From Ignavibacteriales bacterium CG_4_9_14_3_um_filter_34_10 (GTDB taxonomy: Bacteria > Bacteroidota > Ignavibacteria > Ignavibacteriales > Melioribacteraceae), in the NCBI GenBank assembly GCA_002790395.1, contig PFVB01000185.1:4321-68320 (forward strand): DNA of 64,000 nucleotides. The letters run 5' to 3'. Within the stretch, counting starts at the first letter, position 1; every line of letters begins with the position of its first letter. The notes under the pieces are model-generated. The model did not search any database, was not told the origin of the DNA, and saw only the letters and a program-made list of their open reading frames with translations. Shown in pieces: positions 1 to 9,975 of this stretch. Both the position numbers and the translations under genes were made by a program.

Positions 1-1693
1 CACCTGATGTATAACCTGAATATACAAGATTCTCGTTTTGGTCGAATGCCGGCATAAACGCTCCGCCTAAAACATTTGTAATCTGCGTTTTTTCACCCGT
101 ATCAATCTTATACTTGTAAATATTAAATATTCCTCTTTCGTCACTTGAAAAAATAATATTGCCATCTTTATCTAAAACGGGATTCCGTTCATCAAATTCG
201 GTTTTTATTATAAACTCAATTTTATTTGACTCATTAATTTTTACTTTGGCAATATCTCGTCCATGATGATATGAATAATCAAAAATCAAGCAAGAATCAT
301 CTTTTAAAAATTTGGGATTATAAACCTGCTCGCCATTTGTAAAAAAAGTAAGTTGCCGAAAATCAGATCCATCAATATTTGTAATTCCAATATTTGACGT
401 TCCATCTTTCTGAAACACAAAACAAATTTTATCTTCATTATTAGATATTGAAGGATTATTCGCACGTAAGCCATAAGTAATTCTTTTCTCATCTTCACTT
501 TCAATATCATAAATATAAAGGTCATGAATGTTGACCCACTTTGGATTATCTTCGCTTAACTTGGAGTAAACAACTTTTTTATCATTCCGAAAAAGCGAAA
601 AAGCAGATCGAACATTCTCGACTACAGTTTTCTTTGTTTTGGTATCAATATCATACCTGATGATATTCGATGGGCTGAAATAATCTGAACCGGAATTAGA
701 AATGAAATAAATGCTTTTCCCATCAGAAGAATATACAGGGTAAAAATTACCGAATCCTTCATCAGAAATTTGCTCTCCGACAACCAGATTATCAAATATT
801 GGTTTGCTTCGTTCAGAATAAGATTTTTTTACATAAGTTTTCCATTCATCGTAAAGCTCCGGTCCATCAATTCCTAAAACATTTTTAACAGCAGCATCGA
901 AAGTGAAAACTGTTAACTTTCCCAATTCTTTTGTAATCTCTCTTAATTTGTCTTCACCAAATTTTTGCGATATGTATTTTGTGAGCGCAAAACCGGAATT
1001 GTAAACCGATTCATTTCCCAAACTTGTTTTGTTAAAAATTCCCATCTGATTCCAAGTTAACATTTTATCATCAAGCACGTAGGAGCGCAAAATCATATCA
1101 CGATGTGAATCCCAGTTATCATAATCAAAATCCTTTCTCATATATTGTGCAGTGCCTTCAGCGAACCAAGCAGGAATATTTATTGATGGGACAGGATAAG
1201 AGACAATCACATTCGGGAAACCATATAAAATATCGGGTCGCCGCTTTTCCTCGTAATTTAGAAATTGAAAATAAAATGCAGGAAGATTTCTGCTTAATTT
1301 CATTCCAGATTGAATTTGCACCATGTGTGTGAATTCATGAGAAATAACATTTCTCAACCAGTTGTGGTCACCACGCAAGTCAAAATCTAATGCCGATGCC
1401 CATATTTCAATTTTATTGTCAAAAAAATATGTGGCTCCGTTTGAGTAATCATCAATATCTTTAATTACAAAATGGACTTTTTCCGGTTCATATTCGTAAA
1501 GTGAAGTTAGCGGGAACCAAACATCCTCAATTATTTTTGCAACTACATTTGCTGTCCTTTCAGCTTCTTCATGATAATGAACATAAGCATGTTCAGTTGA
1601 AATTGTCAGCCAATTATAATCAGGTTGAAACTCATTAAACTGAGCATTAAGATTTACGGTTAATAAGATTATCAAAACAAAAAACTTTTTCAT
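1..1693 (-). CDS. Secreted HExxH zinc-metallopeptidase-like protein with TolB/PD40-like beta-propeller repeats; C-terminus runs off the window start
   Basis: Absent from the ORF track because it is open to position 1. Hand translation from the reverse-strand ATG at 1693 gives MKKFFVLIILLTVNLNAQ (signal peptide), then NVISHEFTHMVQIQ (HExxH), then repeated SDGKSIYF / ITNIDGSDFRQLT / ERNPVLDKDGNIIFSSDERG blades. No stop down to nt 1. Starts 12 nt after the stop of the upstream gene. Confidence 0.7.
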   Translation of the reverse strand, partial: MKKFFVLIILLTVNLNAQFNEFQPDYNWLTISTEHAYVHYHEEAERTANVVAKIIEDVWFPLTSLYEYEPEKVHFVIKDIDDYSNGATYFFDNKIEIWASALDFDLRGDHNWLRNVISHEFTHMVQIQSGMKLSRNLPAFYFQFLNYEEKRRPDILYGFPNVIVSYPVPSINIPAWFAEGTAQYMRKDFDYDNWDSHRDMILRSYVLDDKMLTWNQMGIFNKTSLGNESVYNSGFALTKYISQKFGEDKLREITKELGKLTVFTFDAAVKNVLGIDGPELYDEWKTYVKKSYSERSKPIFDNLVVGEQISDEGFGNFYPVYSSDGKSIYFISNSGSDYFSPSNIIRYDIDTKTKKTVVENVRSAFSLFRNDKKVVYSKLSEDNPKWVNIHDLYIYDIESEDEKRITYGLRANNPSISNNEDKICFVFQKDGTSNIGITNIDGSDFRQLTFFTNGEQVYNPKFLKDDSCLIFDYSYHHGRDIAKVKINESNKIEFIIKTEFDERNPVLDKDGNIIFSSDERGIFNIYKYKIDTGEKTQITNVLGGAFMPAFDQNENLVYSGYTSG

Positions 1694-1705
1694 TCAACAC
1701 CACAT

Positions 1706-4705
1706 TTACTTTACGATAGCTATTTTAATTACTTTGCTTCCGGTATTACCACTTTGAGATTTTACTTTCAAACTTGCAAAGTAAATTCCACTATGAATGT
1801 TTTTAACATCCCATACAATTTCATTTTCAACGCCCCCAACAGCATTCATTGATAATTCATCTACAAGGTCGCCGGATAAATCAAATATTTTAACTTCTGC
1901 AACCGAATTATCTTTCACATAAAACCTGATATTTGTTTCATTACCGTAAACAGGATTTGGCCAGTTGTAAGCCGACTCTTCAGGAAAATATTTTGTGTTT
2001 TTATTTTTGCTTTCCGCTTCTGAAACCACCGAATTATTTGCTGTATTCCCGTATTCATTTCCCCATGATATTTTACCAAAATTAGATGAGATCTGCATAA
2101 TATTTACGTTGCGCTGTATATCTTGAAAAATTAAATAACCATTTATACCATCACTACTAACTGTTGGATTAAAATTCATAACTTGTTCGATTGCAACAGG
2201 AAAGGAGCTGATTAAATTTCCATTGACCGGATTAAAAGCAAATAATTGATTACTTGTCGAGAGACCAATCAAGTCTGCATTGCTTTCATTATTAATATCC
2301 GCAACAATAAGTGAACTTAGTAAACTGTTTGTAAAATTAATCTTTATTGGAAAGTTGTCAGCTAAAACACCGTTGTAATTATATGCTTCAAAAGAATTTC
2401 CTTTAGTCAATAAAATATAATTATTCCCGTCTTTACGAATATCTGCCAATGCAAAATTTTTGATTACTTCGCCATAAATATTAATCTCATTCGCCAACTT
2501 TCCGTTATCAATTACAAAAAACTTATTGTTTTGGCAAAGCACAATAGCAGTATAATTTCCATTTGATTTTTCCTCAACTGCTAATTGAATTAAATCATCA
2601 GTAAACTCAATTATGCCATTTTTCGAATCCCAATAATTTTTCCCTGAAATGGCTGCAGTAATATTTTCACCGGAGACAATTTGTTTAATTGGTGCATCAA
2701 ATATTTTTTGTTCGTTTGTTAGGTTATCATCAATATCTAACCCACTTTGAATTGAATACCTTAATAGTTTACCTGTATTGCTGCCTACGTAGAATTCTAT
2801 TGAAGAATTATTTTTTGATACAACAATTGGACAAGAGAAATAATTTGAATCAGAATTGGTTTGACTTAAAATTTCATTTGCATTTACGGTTGCAATATTA
2901 ATAGTATTAGAATCAGCGCCAAGGAAATATTTCATGCCATTAAAATTTAAGCTTGCCGGTTTGTATTTTGTCTTGAATTCTTTTTGGTCAATCAATAATC
3001 CTGATAAATTGTACTTTGAAAATGAAATCCCATCGAAGATGAATAATGAAAGTTCATCAACAATTTTATCAAAACTGATTCCAAGTATTTCTTTATCCAA
3101 ATTAAACTTGCTTATTTTTTTAATCTGATCATTTCCCAAAACAACTCTGAAACTCATTTTATTATCAACGTTACTAATGTTTGATAAACTTATTAAACTA
3201 TTTGCTCCACTATTTGATTTAGCATCCGGTTTGGAATAATCATTGAATCTGTTTTTATAATAATGTGCCGGATTAGTTTTATACCATGTATCTTCTTTTG
3301 AACCATCACCAATCACTTCATCACCAAAAATGGTTGTAAACTTTTCCCCAATATCAAAAATACCATCGGCCTCAATTAATTTTACGCCTTTAATTTTGCC
3401 ATTATTAATAGAATTCGTTGAAAAGCTTTCATTAATAACATTTTCATCAATATGCCAAATTAAAAGCCCTATATCTTCAAATGAGTCTTTATCATCAGAA
3501 TCCTGCCCTGGTAAAGCCCAATCATATTCATCTACATCAATAACTACACCTTTGAGTGAATCAACATCATAGTAATTAAAATGATCAATATCATTTGAGA
3601 AAGTTTCCGAAAAATATTTATCTCCAATCTTAAACGTCACTTTACAGCCGTCTTTTTTTGCATCTCTCTTTCTGTTTTCAATTAAATAATATTCGGAATT
3701 TGAAATAGGAATTTTGACAAAGGCTGTATCAGCAGTTGAAGCAACTTTCTCATTTGTCAATACTACATTTTTATCAAAACTGATTTCAATCGGGTCAATC
3801 CACCCCAAATATTTCTTCTCCCAAACAGATAATTCAGGTGGAAATAACCCACCAAAGGTAAATATTGATTGCCCATCCATTAAAGCAAAACGTCCGACAG
3901 CACTAATCCCGGTATCAGTGTTGTATAAGTCAGGTAAGCCTAAAAAACTTCCAATACTTGCTACGATCAGTCCGTTTGTTGAAAGTTGTAACAAATTAGT
4001 TCCAGTCAAACCTGTAATTTCTCTCGATTCTGTGCAGGGCAAAATAGCAGTATTATTAATTGTGCCTGTGGAATAAACAAATCCCTGAAATGAATCTCCA
4101 AATATTTTTTGAAAAGATCCGAGATTAAAAAACACAGAAGGTAAATCTTTTTCATTTCCAATACTTCCGGGCAGAATAATATCACCGCCAACTCCAGCAT
4201 GAAAAATCACAAACATATTATAGTTCGAAAAATCAGCACCTTTTGATGCAGCAATATTCCAAACTTCCTTTGAAAAATTTCCCAAGGGAGTAAAATCTTT
4301 TTTATCATTTGCTGTTGAATAATCCCGAATTGTTTTAGAAACTTTAATCACTTGATCGAAAACTTCGAATGATAAATTCATTTTTTCATTTGATACTTTG
4401 GAGAAATAGTTTTGAGCAAATTCAAGATGATTTTTAAAGTATTGTGAATTATGAGGAAGCGGATCAATGATTGTGTTGCCATAATCCTTCGAATAAACCG
4501 AACCAAAAGTTCCGTCTCCAAATGTAGCTTCATCTTGATCGGTTTGGAATTCTACCATTACAGCCAAAATTTTCAAATCCGAAGATTTGGTATCCTTAGA
4601 AGCGGAAACTTCACGAATCGGATTAAAATTATTAATAAAAGATTGGGCAGATACGCTGCCCAATGAAATTAACCCAAATAAAATAAAGAGAAGATATTTA
4701 TTCAT
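1706..4705 (-). CDS. T9SS-secreted protein: M6 (immune inhibitor A)-like domain lacking HExxH, FG-GAP-like repeats, C-terminal T9SS sorting domain
   Basis: 999-aa ORF with signal peptide MNKYLLFILFGLISLGSVSAQ. M6-like blocks: LAVMVEFQTD, FVIFHAGVGG, LGLPDLYNTDTG, LLIWHIDEN, LIEADG. ADIRKDGNNY and ADINNESNADLIG repeats. C-terminal YNWPNPVYGNETNIRFYV...GIYFASLKV tail. Start lies 5 nt after the porV stop. Confidence 0.75.
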   Translation of the reverse strand: MNKYLLFILFGLISLGSVSAQSFINNFNPIREVSASKDTKSSDLKILAVMVEFQTDQDEATFGDGTFGSVYSKDYGNTIIDPLPHNSQYFKNHLEFAQNYFSKVSNEKMNLSFEVFDQVIKVSKTIRDYSTANDKKDFTPLGNFSKEVWNIAASKGADFSNYNMFVIFHAGVGGDIILPGSIGNEKDLPSVFFNLGSFQKIFGDSFQGFVYSTGTINNTAILPCTESREITGLTGTNLLQLSTNGLIVASIGSFLGLPDLYNTDTGISAVGRFALMDGQSIFTFGGLFPPELSVWEKKYLGWIDPIEISFDKNVVLTNEKVASTADTAFVKIPISNSEYYLIENRKRDAKKDGCKVTFKIGDKYFSETFSNDIDHFNYYDVDSLKGVVIDVDEYDWALPGQDSDDKDSFEDIGLLIWHIDENVINESFSTNSINNGKIKGVKLIEADGIFDIGEKFTTIFGDEVIGDGSKEDTWYKTNPAHYYKNRFNDYSKPDAKSNSGANSLISLSNISNVDNKMSFRVVLGNDQIKKISKFNLDKEILGISFDKIVDELSLFIFDGISFSKYNLSGLLIDQKEFKTKYKPASLNFNGMKYFLGADSNTINIATVNANEILSQTNSDSNYFSCPIVVSKNNSSIEFYVGSNTGKLLRYSIQSGLDIDDNLTNEQKIFDAPIKQIVSGENITAAISGKNYWDSKNGIIEFTDDLIQLAVEEKSNGNYTAIVLCQNNKFFVIDNGKLANEINIYGEVIKNFALADIRKDGNNYILLTKGNSFEAYNYNGVLADNFPIKINFTNSLLSSLIVADINNESNADLIGLSTSNQLFAFNPVNGNLISSFPVAIEQVMNFNPTVSSDGINGYLIFQDIQRNVNIMQISSNFGKISWGNEYGNTANNSVVSEAESKNKNTKYFPEESAYNWPNPVYGNETNIRFYVKDNSVAEVKIFDLSGDLVDELSMNAVGGVENEIVWDVKNIHSGIYFASLKVKSQSGNTGSKVIKIAIVK

Positions 4706-4710
4706 AAAAA

Positions 4711-5907
4711 TTAAATTCCTCTTGGAAATCCTAAAATTTTCTGCGGTTGAGCTCCCCAGCCGATCAATAATGAAAATCTCAATGTATCTGCCAAAGGATG
4801 ATTTTCACCATCTTTAAATACACTGGTCGAAATATAACTAAAATCAAACCCATACATTTCATATCTTATACCAGCACCAATTGTAATAAATTTTCTATTT
4901 CCAAAAGAAGGATCTTCATAAAAATATCCTGCACGAAGAGCAAACATAAAATCTTCAGGTGTACCGTACCAATATTCTAAACCCATAGTTGTTACAATAT
5001 CACGAAGCTCTTCACTAAATGGCTGATCAGCCCAGGCAGTAAAAATTGCCTCATAAAAATCTTTGCGTTTAACAGATTTACTTGTTCCGGTCGTATCTTC
5101 ACCGATCAACCCCGCATCTGTTTTTGCGATTCCTTTATCAACAAGTAACTTAGAAAAATCAACTATGTACGTAAGTGAGTTGAACTCATCTTCGAATAAT
5201 CGGAAAGCCATTCCTAACCTAAAATTTGTTGGTATTGGATCTGCCTGTGCTTGATCTATGTAGGCAATCTTTGGACCTAAATTACTAAGATTAACACCAA
5301 TACTTAAACTGTTGTCATAATCTCCGATTAGCGGCAGACTTAATTTTTCGGGTCTCCACATCGCACCAATATCGAAACTAACCGTTGTTGCAACTCCGGT
5401 TCCTTTTTCATTCTCAGTCGGTTTATCCGAAAGTCTGCTGTGAATCAATCTGAAATTTAATCCAAGACCCCAGTCATTACTGAGTTTTGTTGCATATCCC
5501 AAAGTGAGTGCAGCATCGAATGATCTGAATTTTCCGATTGGATCCGGACTTGCCGATGAAGTTCGGACAAACTCACCATAATTCATATAAGTTATGCTTG
5601 CCGTCAAACTTCCGTCAAGTTCTTCCATATACTGGCGATAAGTCAGGTAATCATAAAAGATATCAAGTTGGAATTGCGGAAGCCATTTTGAGTGGGTGAG
5701 ATTAACTTCCGAACCTGTTAAAAATGCTATTCCTGCCGGATTCCAAAAAATAGCAGAAGAATTATCAGCCAGACCGCCACCCGACTCGCCAATTCCAGCC
5801 GCTCGAGAATCCGGGGATAGAAGCAAGAACGGGACTGCAGCTTCTCCCTGTGCTTTGACATTTGTAGCAATGAATAAAAGACTAAATAGAACAATTAACT
5901 TTTTCAT
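4711..5907 (-). CDS. porV: Type IX secretion outer-membrane beta-barrel protein PorV (LptO)
   Basis: 398 aa with a signal peptide. Family-typical N-terminal block AAVPFLLLSPDSRAAGIGESGGGLADNSSAIFWNPAGIA and beta-barrel-like alternating sequence. Immediately downstream of porU. GGAGG SD upstream. Confidence 0.85.
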   Translation of the reverse strand: MKKLIVLFSLLFIATNVKAQGEAAVPFLLLSPDSRAAGIGESGGGLADNSSAIFWNPAGIAFLTGSEVNLTHSKWLPQFQLDIFYDYLTYRQYMEELDGSLTASITYMNYGEFVRTSSASPDPIGKFRSFDAALTLGYATKLSNDWGLGLNFRLIHSRLSDKPTENEKGTGVATTVSFDIGAMWRPEKLSLPLIGDYDNSLSIGVNLSNLGPKIAYIDQAQADPIPTNFRLGMAFRLFEDEFNSLTYIVDFSKLLVDKGIAKTDAGLIGEDTTGTSKSVKRKDFYEAIFTAWADQPFSEELRDIVTTMGLEYWYGTPEDFMFALRAGYFYEDPSFGNRKFITIGAGIRYEMYGFDFSYISTSVFKDGENHPLADTLRFSLLIGWGAQPQKILGFPRGI

Positions 5908-5933
5908 TATTATACCTCCAAGTAAAAACTTTT

Positions 5934-8900
5934 TTATCTTAGAACAGCGAGTTTACCCAAATAACTGCTGTTGATTTTTTTTTGATCATTTTTAATTATT
6001 AATTTATATAAATATGTACCGTTCGCAATAATGTCTCCATCATCATCTTTCCCGTCCCAAGGAATTTTAACAAACCTATCAAGAATATTGAATTCATTTA
6101 ATTCCTTTATCATCCTGCCGCTGATTGTGTATATTTTAATTTTTATATCTATTGGTTCAGAAAAATTATGCTGAAAAGAGAAAGTAGTATGTTTTGAAAA
6201 TGGATTTGGATAATTATAAACATCTTTAATTACCAAACTATTTGTATTTACAACCTCAAAATTTATTTCCGTTAATGTCGGATTGTTAAAAATATCCCAT
6301 GCTTTAATCTTTATTTTATGTAACCCAACCGAGATGTTTGTAAAATTATAATGAATCAAACCTGACTTTCCTCCCGAATCCAGATCGCCGATAAAGTGGT
6401 TTGAAAAATCAACGGGTGAATTTTCATTATCATCAAGAACGCCTTCTAACTTATGCCCCACACCTGTGCCGCTGGTATTGAGTCCTGTTTCATCCGTTAG
6501 TTTGACTAACAAAGCAAAATTTTGATTAACTACAGATCCATTTTGGTTTGAAATATCATCAAAAAATATTTCAACATCAGGTCCTCTATTATCATTTACA
6601 ATTGAAGAGTCTGTTCCGCCTACAACAATTTTATTTGAAGAACCAATTGCATCCATATCTTCATTAAAAGTATAAGCTATAATTTTACCATTTTTATTTT
6701 CATAAGAAATATCTTTAGGTACTCTAAAAGAAACAGCAAACTTTCCTTCATGAACACTTACTCTTCCTCTAAAAATTACGCCACCCTGTTCATTCATTGA
6801 ATACTTTATATCTTCTAAAAATTTAGATTTCTCAGAGTCAAAAACAGTAAGAATCCCTTCGCCACTGTAAGTAGAATAATAATTCAGATTTTCATCTCTT
6901 ACAAATCCTTCAATCTTTACTTCGGACAAAGCTTTAATCTGAATATCACTTGTTGCCGGCAGATTATTAATCTTATCAATTACAACCGACAACTTTGGCA
7001 ATTTGATTTTAATTGCAGGGTCACAAAACAAATGGAATTTCTCATCGTTATCACCGGTTCGTTCTTGTTTAGTAAGTAAAAAAGCTTCCCCGAAAGTAAC
7101 CTGTGTTCCAGCCCGAAATAATTTTGAATAAAACATTTCATTAATAGCAGCATTCTGATCTGAAAAAACTAAGCGTGAGGCACTAAATCCACCTATCATT
7201 CCATAGTTTTTTAACAGGAGCATTTCTTCGGTTCCGGAAATAATATTAGGGTCATCATATTTTCCAAAATCACAAGTTGCAGCAGTTAAAAAAAATAATT
7301 TCTCGTTTTTAAACTGAGGGATTGTTGAGTAACGCTCAAAAATATTTTCATGAGCCCAAACATCGGGGTTCCCATGCCCTGTGTAATTGAGCAAAAGAGT
7401 TCCGTTATTTACTGCATCTATCAATGCAACGTTGACCAAAGGTTTTCTTCTGCCGAATCCGGAAATAACTGTAGGATAAGCTGACAAATAAATTTTATTC
7501 TTATCCATAAAAACAGGAATTTTTTTGGCAGCTAATTCTTCCGCTTGTTTAGTATGAGTGTTCCCATCATCGCCTTTTGAGGTTAATCCATCATCAGCAA
7601 TCAGGGTAACTCTTGTTCTCCATAAACTTCCATCATTATCATTTTCATATTTAATTATTTTATCTATATAATTATTCGCATCGGAACTATTCAAAATCGG
7701 AATCCGCCCAATAGCAATATCCGGCTTTTGGTCATTTTCTGAAATTCTTGAAAAAAAATCATCGAAAGGAAAAGAATACAATTCCTCTAAAGATTTTGCT
7801 GTTTGAAATGTAGGAATATAATTTGTGTTATATCCTTCAGAGTTTAAGAAATCATAAGTTCCATCTCCGAAAAGCAAAACATAGTATGGTTTGGTTGCCC
7901 AGTTATCAAATGAATATTTCAGAAAATTTCTAAGTGCAACAGGATCAAGTCTGCCGCAGGAAAATTCATTATAGATATCTTCTATAAAAACAATTTTCAC
8001 ACTCATTGAATTTGGCGAATCATTCTGTCTGTATTGCTGAAGTCTTTCAGCTTCAGTCTTGAATTTTTTTGAAGTAACTAAAATATATTCTGCTCCATCA
8101 CTAATTCCCTGAATATTTTGGTTTTCAACCTTTTCAACACCTGAAATAGTTTTAAACTTTGTACTAGTACTTGCAACAAACTTTGAAGGATTAGCAGTTG
8201 TTTCACTCGCAATAAATCTAAAATCTCCCCCGCTGATAAATGGAGATCCAATAATTTTTACATTTGCAAAATCCGTAACATTGAAAACACTAATATCGCT
8301 ATTTGAAAAATTTGACAGATTATATTCTATAACGGTATTTGTGTCTTTTGAAAAAAACATCAAATAGTCTTCATAGGCACGAAGTTCTCTTTCGTAAAAA
8401 ATCTCAAAATAATCGAGCAATAGTTTTCCCTCGCTTGATGCAGGAGTAATATTAAATTTTATCTGGCTTGTATTGTTTGCAGGCATCCCTGAATAATTGG
8501 CAGTTATATTAAACTCTTTGCCCCAAATATATTCAGCCTTACCATAGCCAAATAATGTTTGATTAACAAGCGTTGTTCCGCTTTCGGTAATATTCAAACT
8601 GATATTTGGTGAAGAAGCATTTGCAAATCTGAACTTATATTTTAACCCGGGTTTGGCAATACTTTGGAGATTTGGCATATATGTTTTTGAACGGACAGAA
8701 TTATTTAATTCATCTCCGTAGTAATCACGCCCTGATTTTCCAACATTTACTTTATCTTCATCAAGAAAATAAAAAGCTTTACTTGTAAATTGTTTATATG
8801 GATCCGAAGAAGAAATTGAATTTTGAACAGACATTCGCTTCCCTGTTTGTCCACCTGAAGTGATAAAATAATAATTCTTTTTAGAATAAATATTTTTCTT

Positions 8901-9818
8901 TCGGACAATATTTGAAACTTTCGAATCAAACTCCCACGAGTTACTTCCCTGTCCATAAAATAGGATATAATCGTTATCATCAAATTTACCGTCTTCTTCA
9001 CCGGAAACGTAAATTGAATTTTCAATCAGCCCGACCGGATAATTATTATCAATATTTGTATCAAGATTAATTACACCGTTGTTAAAAATCTTTATTGTTT
9101 TTGGGCCAACATTGTTTGCGTTAATCCCAAGCTGGTTCAGCTGGCTTTTTGTGATTTTATAAATTCCCTCTTCCTGAATATCAAATCTATACCAGGTCCC
9201 TTCGCTTAAAACAGAATTTGTCTGAATTTTATTAAGTTTATTTTTTACAACTCCCCAGTTTGAAGCAACATCAAAATTCAAAACTGCTTTCTGCAGAAAT
9301 TTATCTGTAATCTTTTCTTTATTAGAATGATCAGAAGAGTAATTTACCTTAAAGATAATTTTAGTAAATATTTTTATTTTCCCATTTTTCAAATCATATT
9401 GAAATGGAGAAATCCGAATCGAATAAACGTCTAATGAGCGAATAAGCCCATACTCGTCAAACTCAACCAATTTCGACTCTTCATTCATTCCTGATAATTT
9501 TTCAAATTTATCTAAAATAGAATATTCGGAAGAAGTTGATTGAAGAATTTGAATCGAATTTCCATTTTCGTTTGGAACTCCAATATTCACTAATCTTGAT
9601 GGAAAACTTTTGGATTGATTTAATTTAAAAACCCCATTTGGAAGACTAATATCAGAAACTTCCATTTCTCCCGATTTTTGAAATTTTTGGTTAACAGAAA
9701 GAGTGTATGAGATTACAATAAAATTTGAGTTGGATTCAATTACTTTTATGTCTTGCGGAAAAATCGAAATGGACATAAAAATAAACAAAGAAAATAATAA
9801 AAAAACCTTGCTATTCAT
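5934..9818 (-). CDS. porU: Type IX secretion C-terminal signal peptidase/sortase PorU (peptidase C25 family)
   Basis: 1294 aa with a signal peptide. Gingipain-like catalytic His and Cys contexts: LLNYTGHGNPDVWAHE and FLTAATCDFGKYDDP. C-terminal Ig-like/T9SS CTD: YNYPNPFSKHTTFSF...GTYLYKLII. Adjacent to porV. Confidence 0.85.
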   Translation of the reverse strand: MNSKVFLLFSLFIFMSISIFPQDIKVIESNSNFIVISYTLSVNQKFQKSGEMEVSDISLPNGVFKLNQSKSFPSRLVNIGVPNENGNSIQILQSTSSEYSILDKFEKLSGMNEESKLVEFDEYGLIRSLDVYSIRISPFQYDLKNGKIKIFTKIIFKVNYSSDHSNKEKITDKFLQKAVLNFDVASNWGVVKNKLNKIQTNSVLSEGTWYRFDIQEEGIYKITKSQLNQLGINANNVGPKTIKIFNNGVINLDTNIDNNYPVGLIENSIYVSGEEDGKFDDNDYILFYGQGSNSWEFDSKVSNIVRKKNIYSKKNYYFITSGGQTGKRMSVQNSISSSDPYKQFTSKAFYFLDEDKVNVGKSGRDYYGDELNNSVRSKTYMPNLQSIAKPGLKYKFRFANASSPNISLNITESGTTLVNQTLFGYGKAEYIWGKEFNITANYSGMPANNTSQIKFNITPASSEGKLLLDYFEIFYERELRAYEDYLMFFSKDTNTVIEYNLSNFSNSDISVFNVTDFANVKIIGSPFISGGDFRFIASETTANPSKFVASTSTKFKTISGVEKVENQNIQGISDGAEYILVTSKKFKTEAERLQQYRQNDSPNSMSVKIVFIEDIYNEFSCGRLDPVALRNFLKYSFDNWATKPYYVLLFGDGTYDFLNSEGYNTNYIPTFQTAKSLEELYSFPFDDFFSRISENDQKPDIAIGRIPILNSSDANNYIDKIIKYENDNDGSLWRTRVTLIADDGLTSKGDDGNTHTKQAEELAAKKIPVFMDKNKIYLSAYPTVISGFGRRKPLVNVALIDAVNNGTLLLNYTGHGNPDVWAHENIFERYSTIPQFKNEKLFFLTAATCDFGKYDDPNIISGTEEMLLLKNYGMIGGFSASRLVFSDQNAAINEMFYSKLFRAGTQVTFGEAFLLTKQERTGDNDEKFHLFCDPAIKIKLPKLSVVIDKINNLPATSDIQIKALSEVKIEGFVRDENLNYYSTYSGEGILTVFDSEKSKFLEDIKYSMNEQGGVIFRGRVSVHEGKFAVSFRVPKDISYENKNGKIIAYTFNEDMDAIGSSNKIVVGGTDSSIVNDNRGPDVEIFFDDISNQNGSVVNQNFALLVKLTDETGLNTSGTGVGHKLEGVLDDNENSPVDFSNHFIGDLDSGGKSGLIHYNFTNISVGLHKIKIKAWDIFNNPTLTEINFEVVNTNSLVIKDVYNYPNPFSKHTTFSFQHNFSEPIDIKIKIYTISGRMIKELNEFNILDRFVKIPWDGKDDDGDIIANGTYLYKLIIKNDQKKINSSYLGKLAVLR

Positions 9819-9914
9819 TTTAGAAACCTTTTTTGTTAAAAATTATTCAGATAATAAATATTAATGGTAGCAAATTTTTCTATTGATATTCCTTTATTTT
9901 TCATTGCAAAGTTA

Positions 9915-9943
9915 ATTATCATATTAGCTAATTGTCAAGTCAA
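9915..9943 (-). promoter_or_regulatory. Candidate sigma-70-type promoter for the porU operon (TTGACT-17-GATAAT)
   Basis: Reverse strand reads TTGACT, then tgacaattagctaatat (17 nt), then GATAAT, about 100 nt upstream of the porU ATG. Sequence match only, in an AT-rich region. Confidence 0.35.
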
Positions 9944-9975
9944 AATTACGTAATACAAAACAAAGCACAAACAGA

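Noticed and set aside
304-1332. Track ORFs 304-525(-) and 1105-1332(+)
   Set aside because: Both lie inside or opposite the long open minus-strand frame (1-1693), which has a signal peptide, an HExxH motif and propeller repeats.
9819-9975. Bacteroidetes-type promoter (TTTG -33 / TAnnTTTG -7) upstream of porU
   Set aside because: There is no convincing TAnnTTTG match at a sensible distance. A classical -35/-10 candidate fits better and matches the str-operon promoter style.
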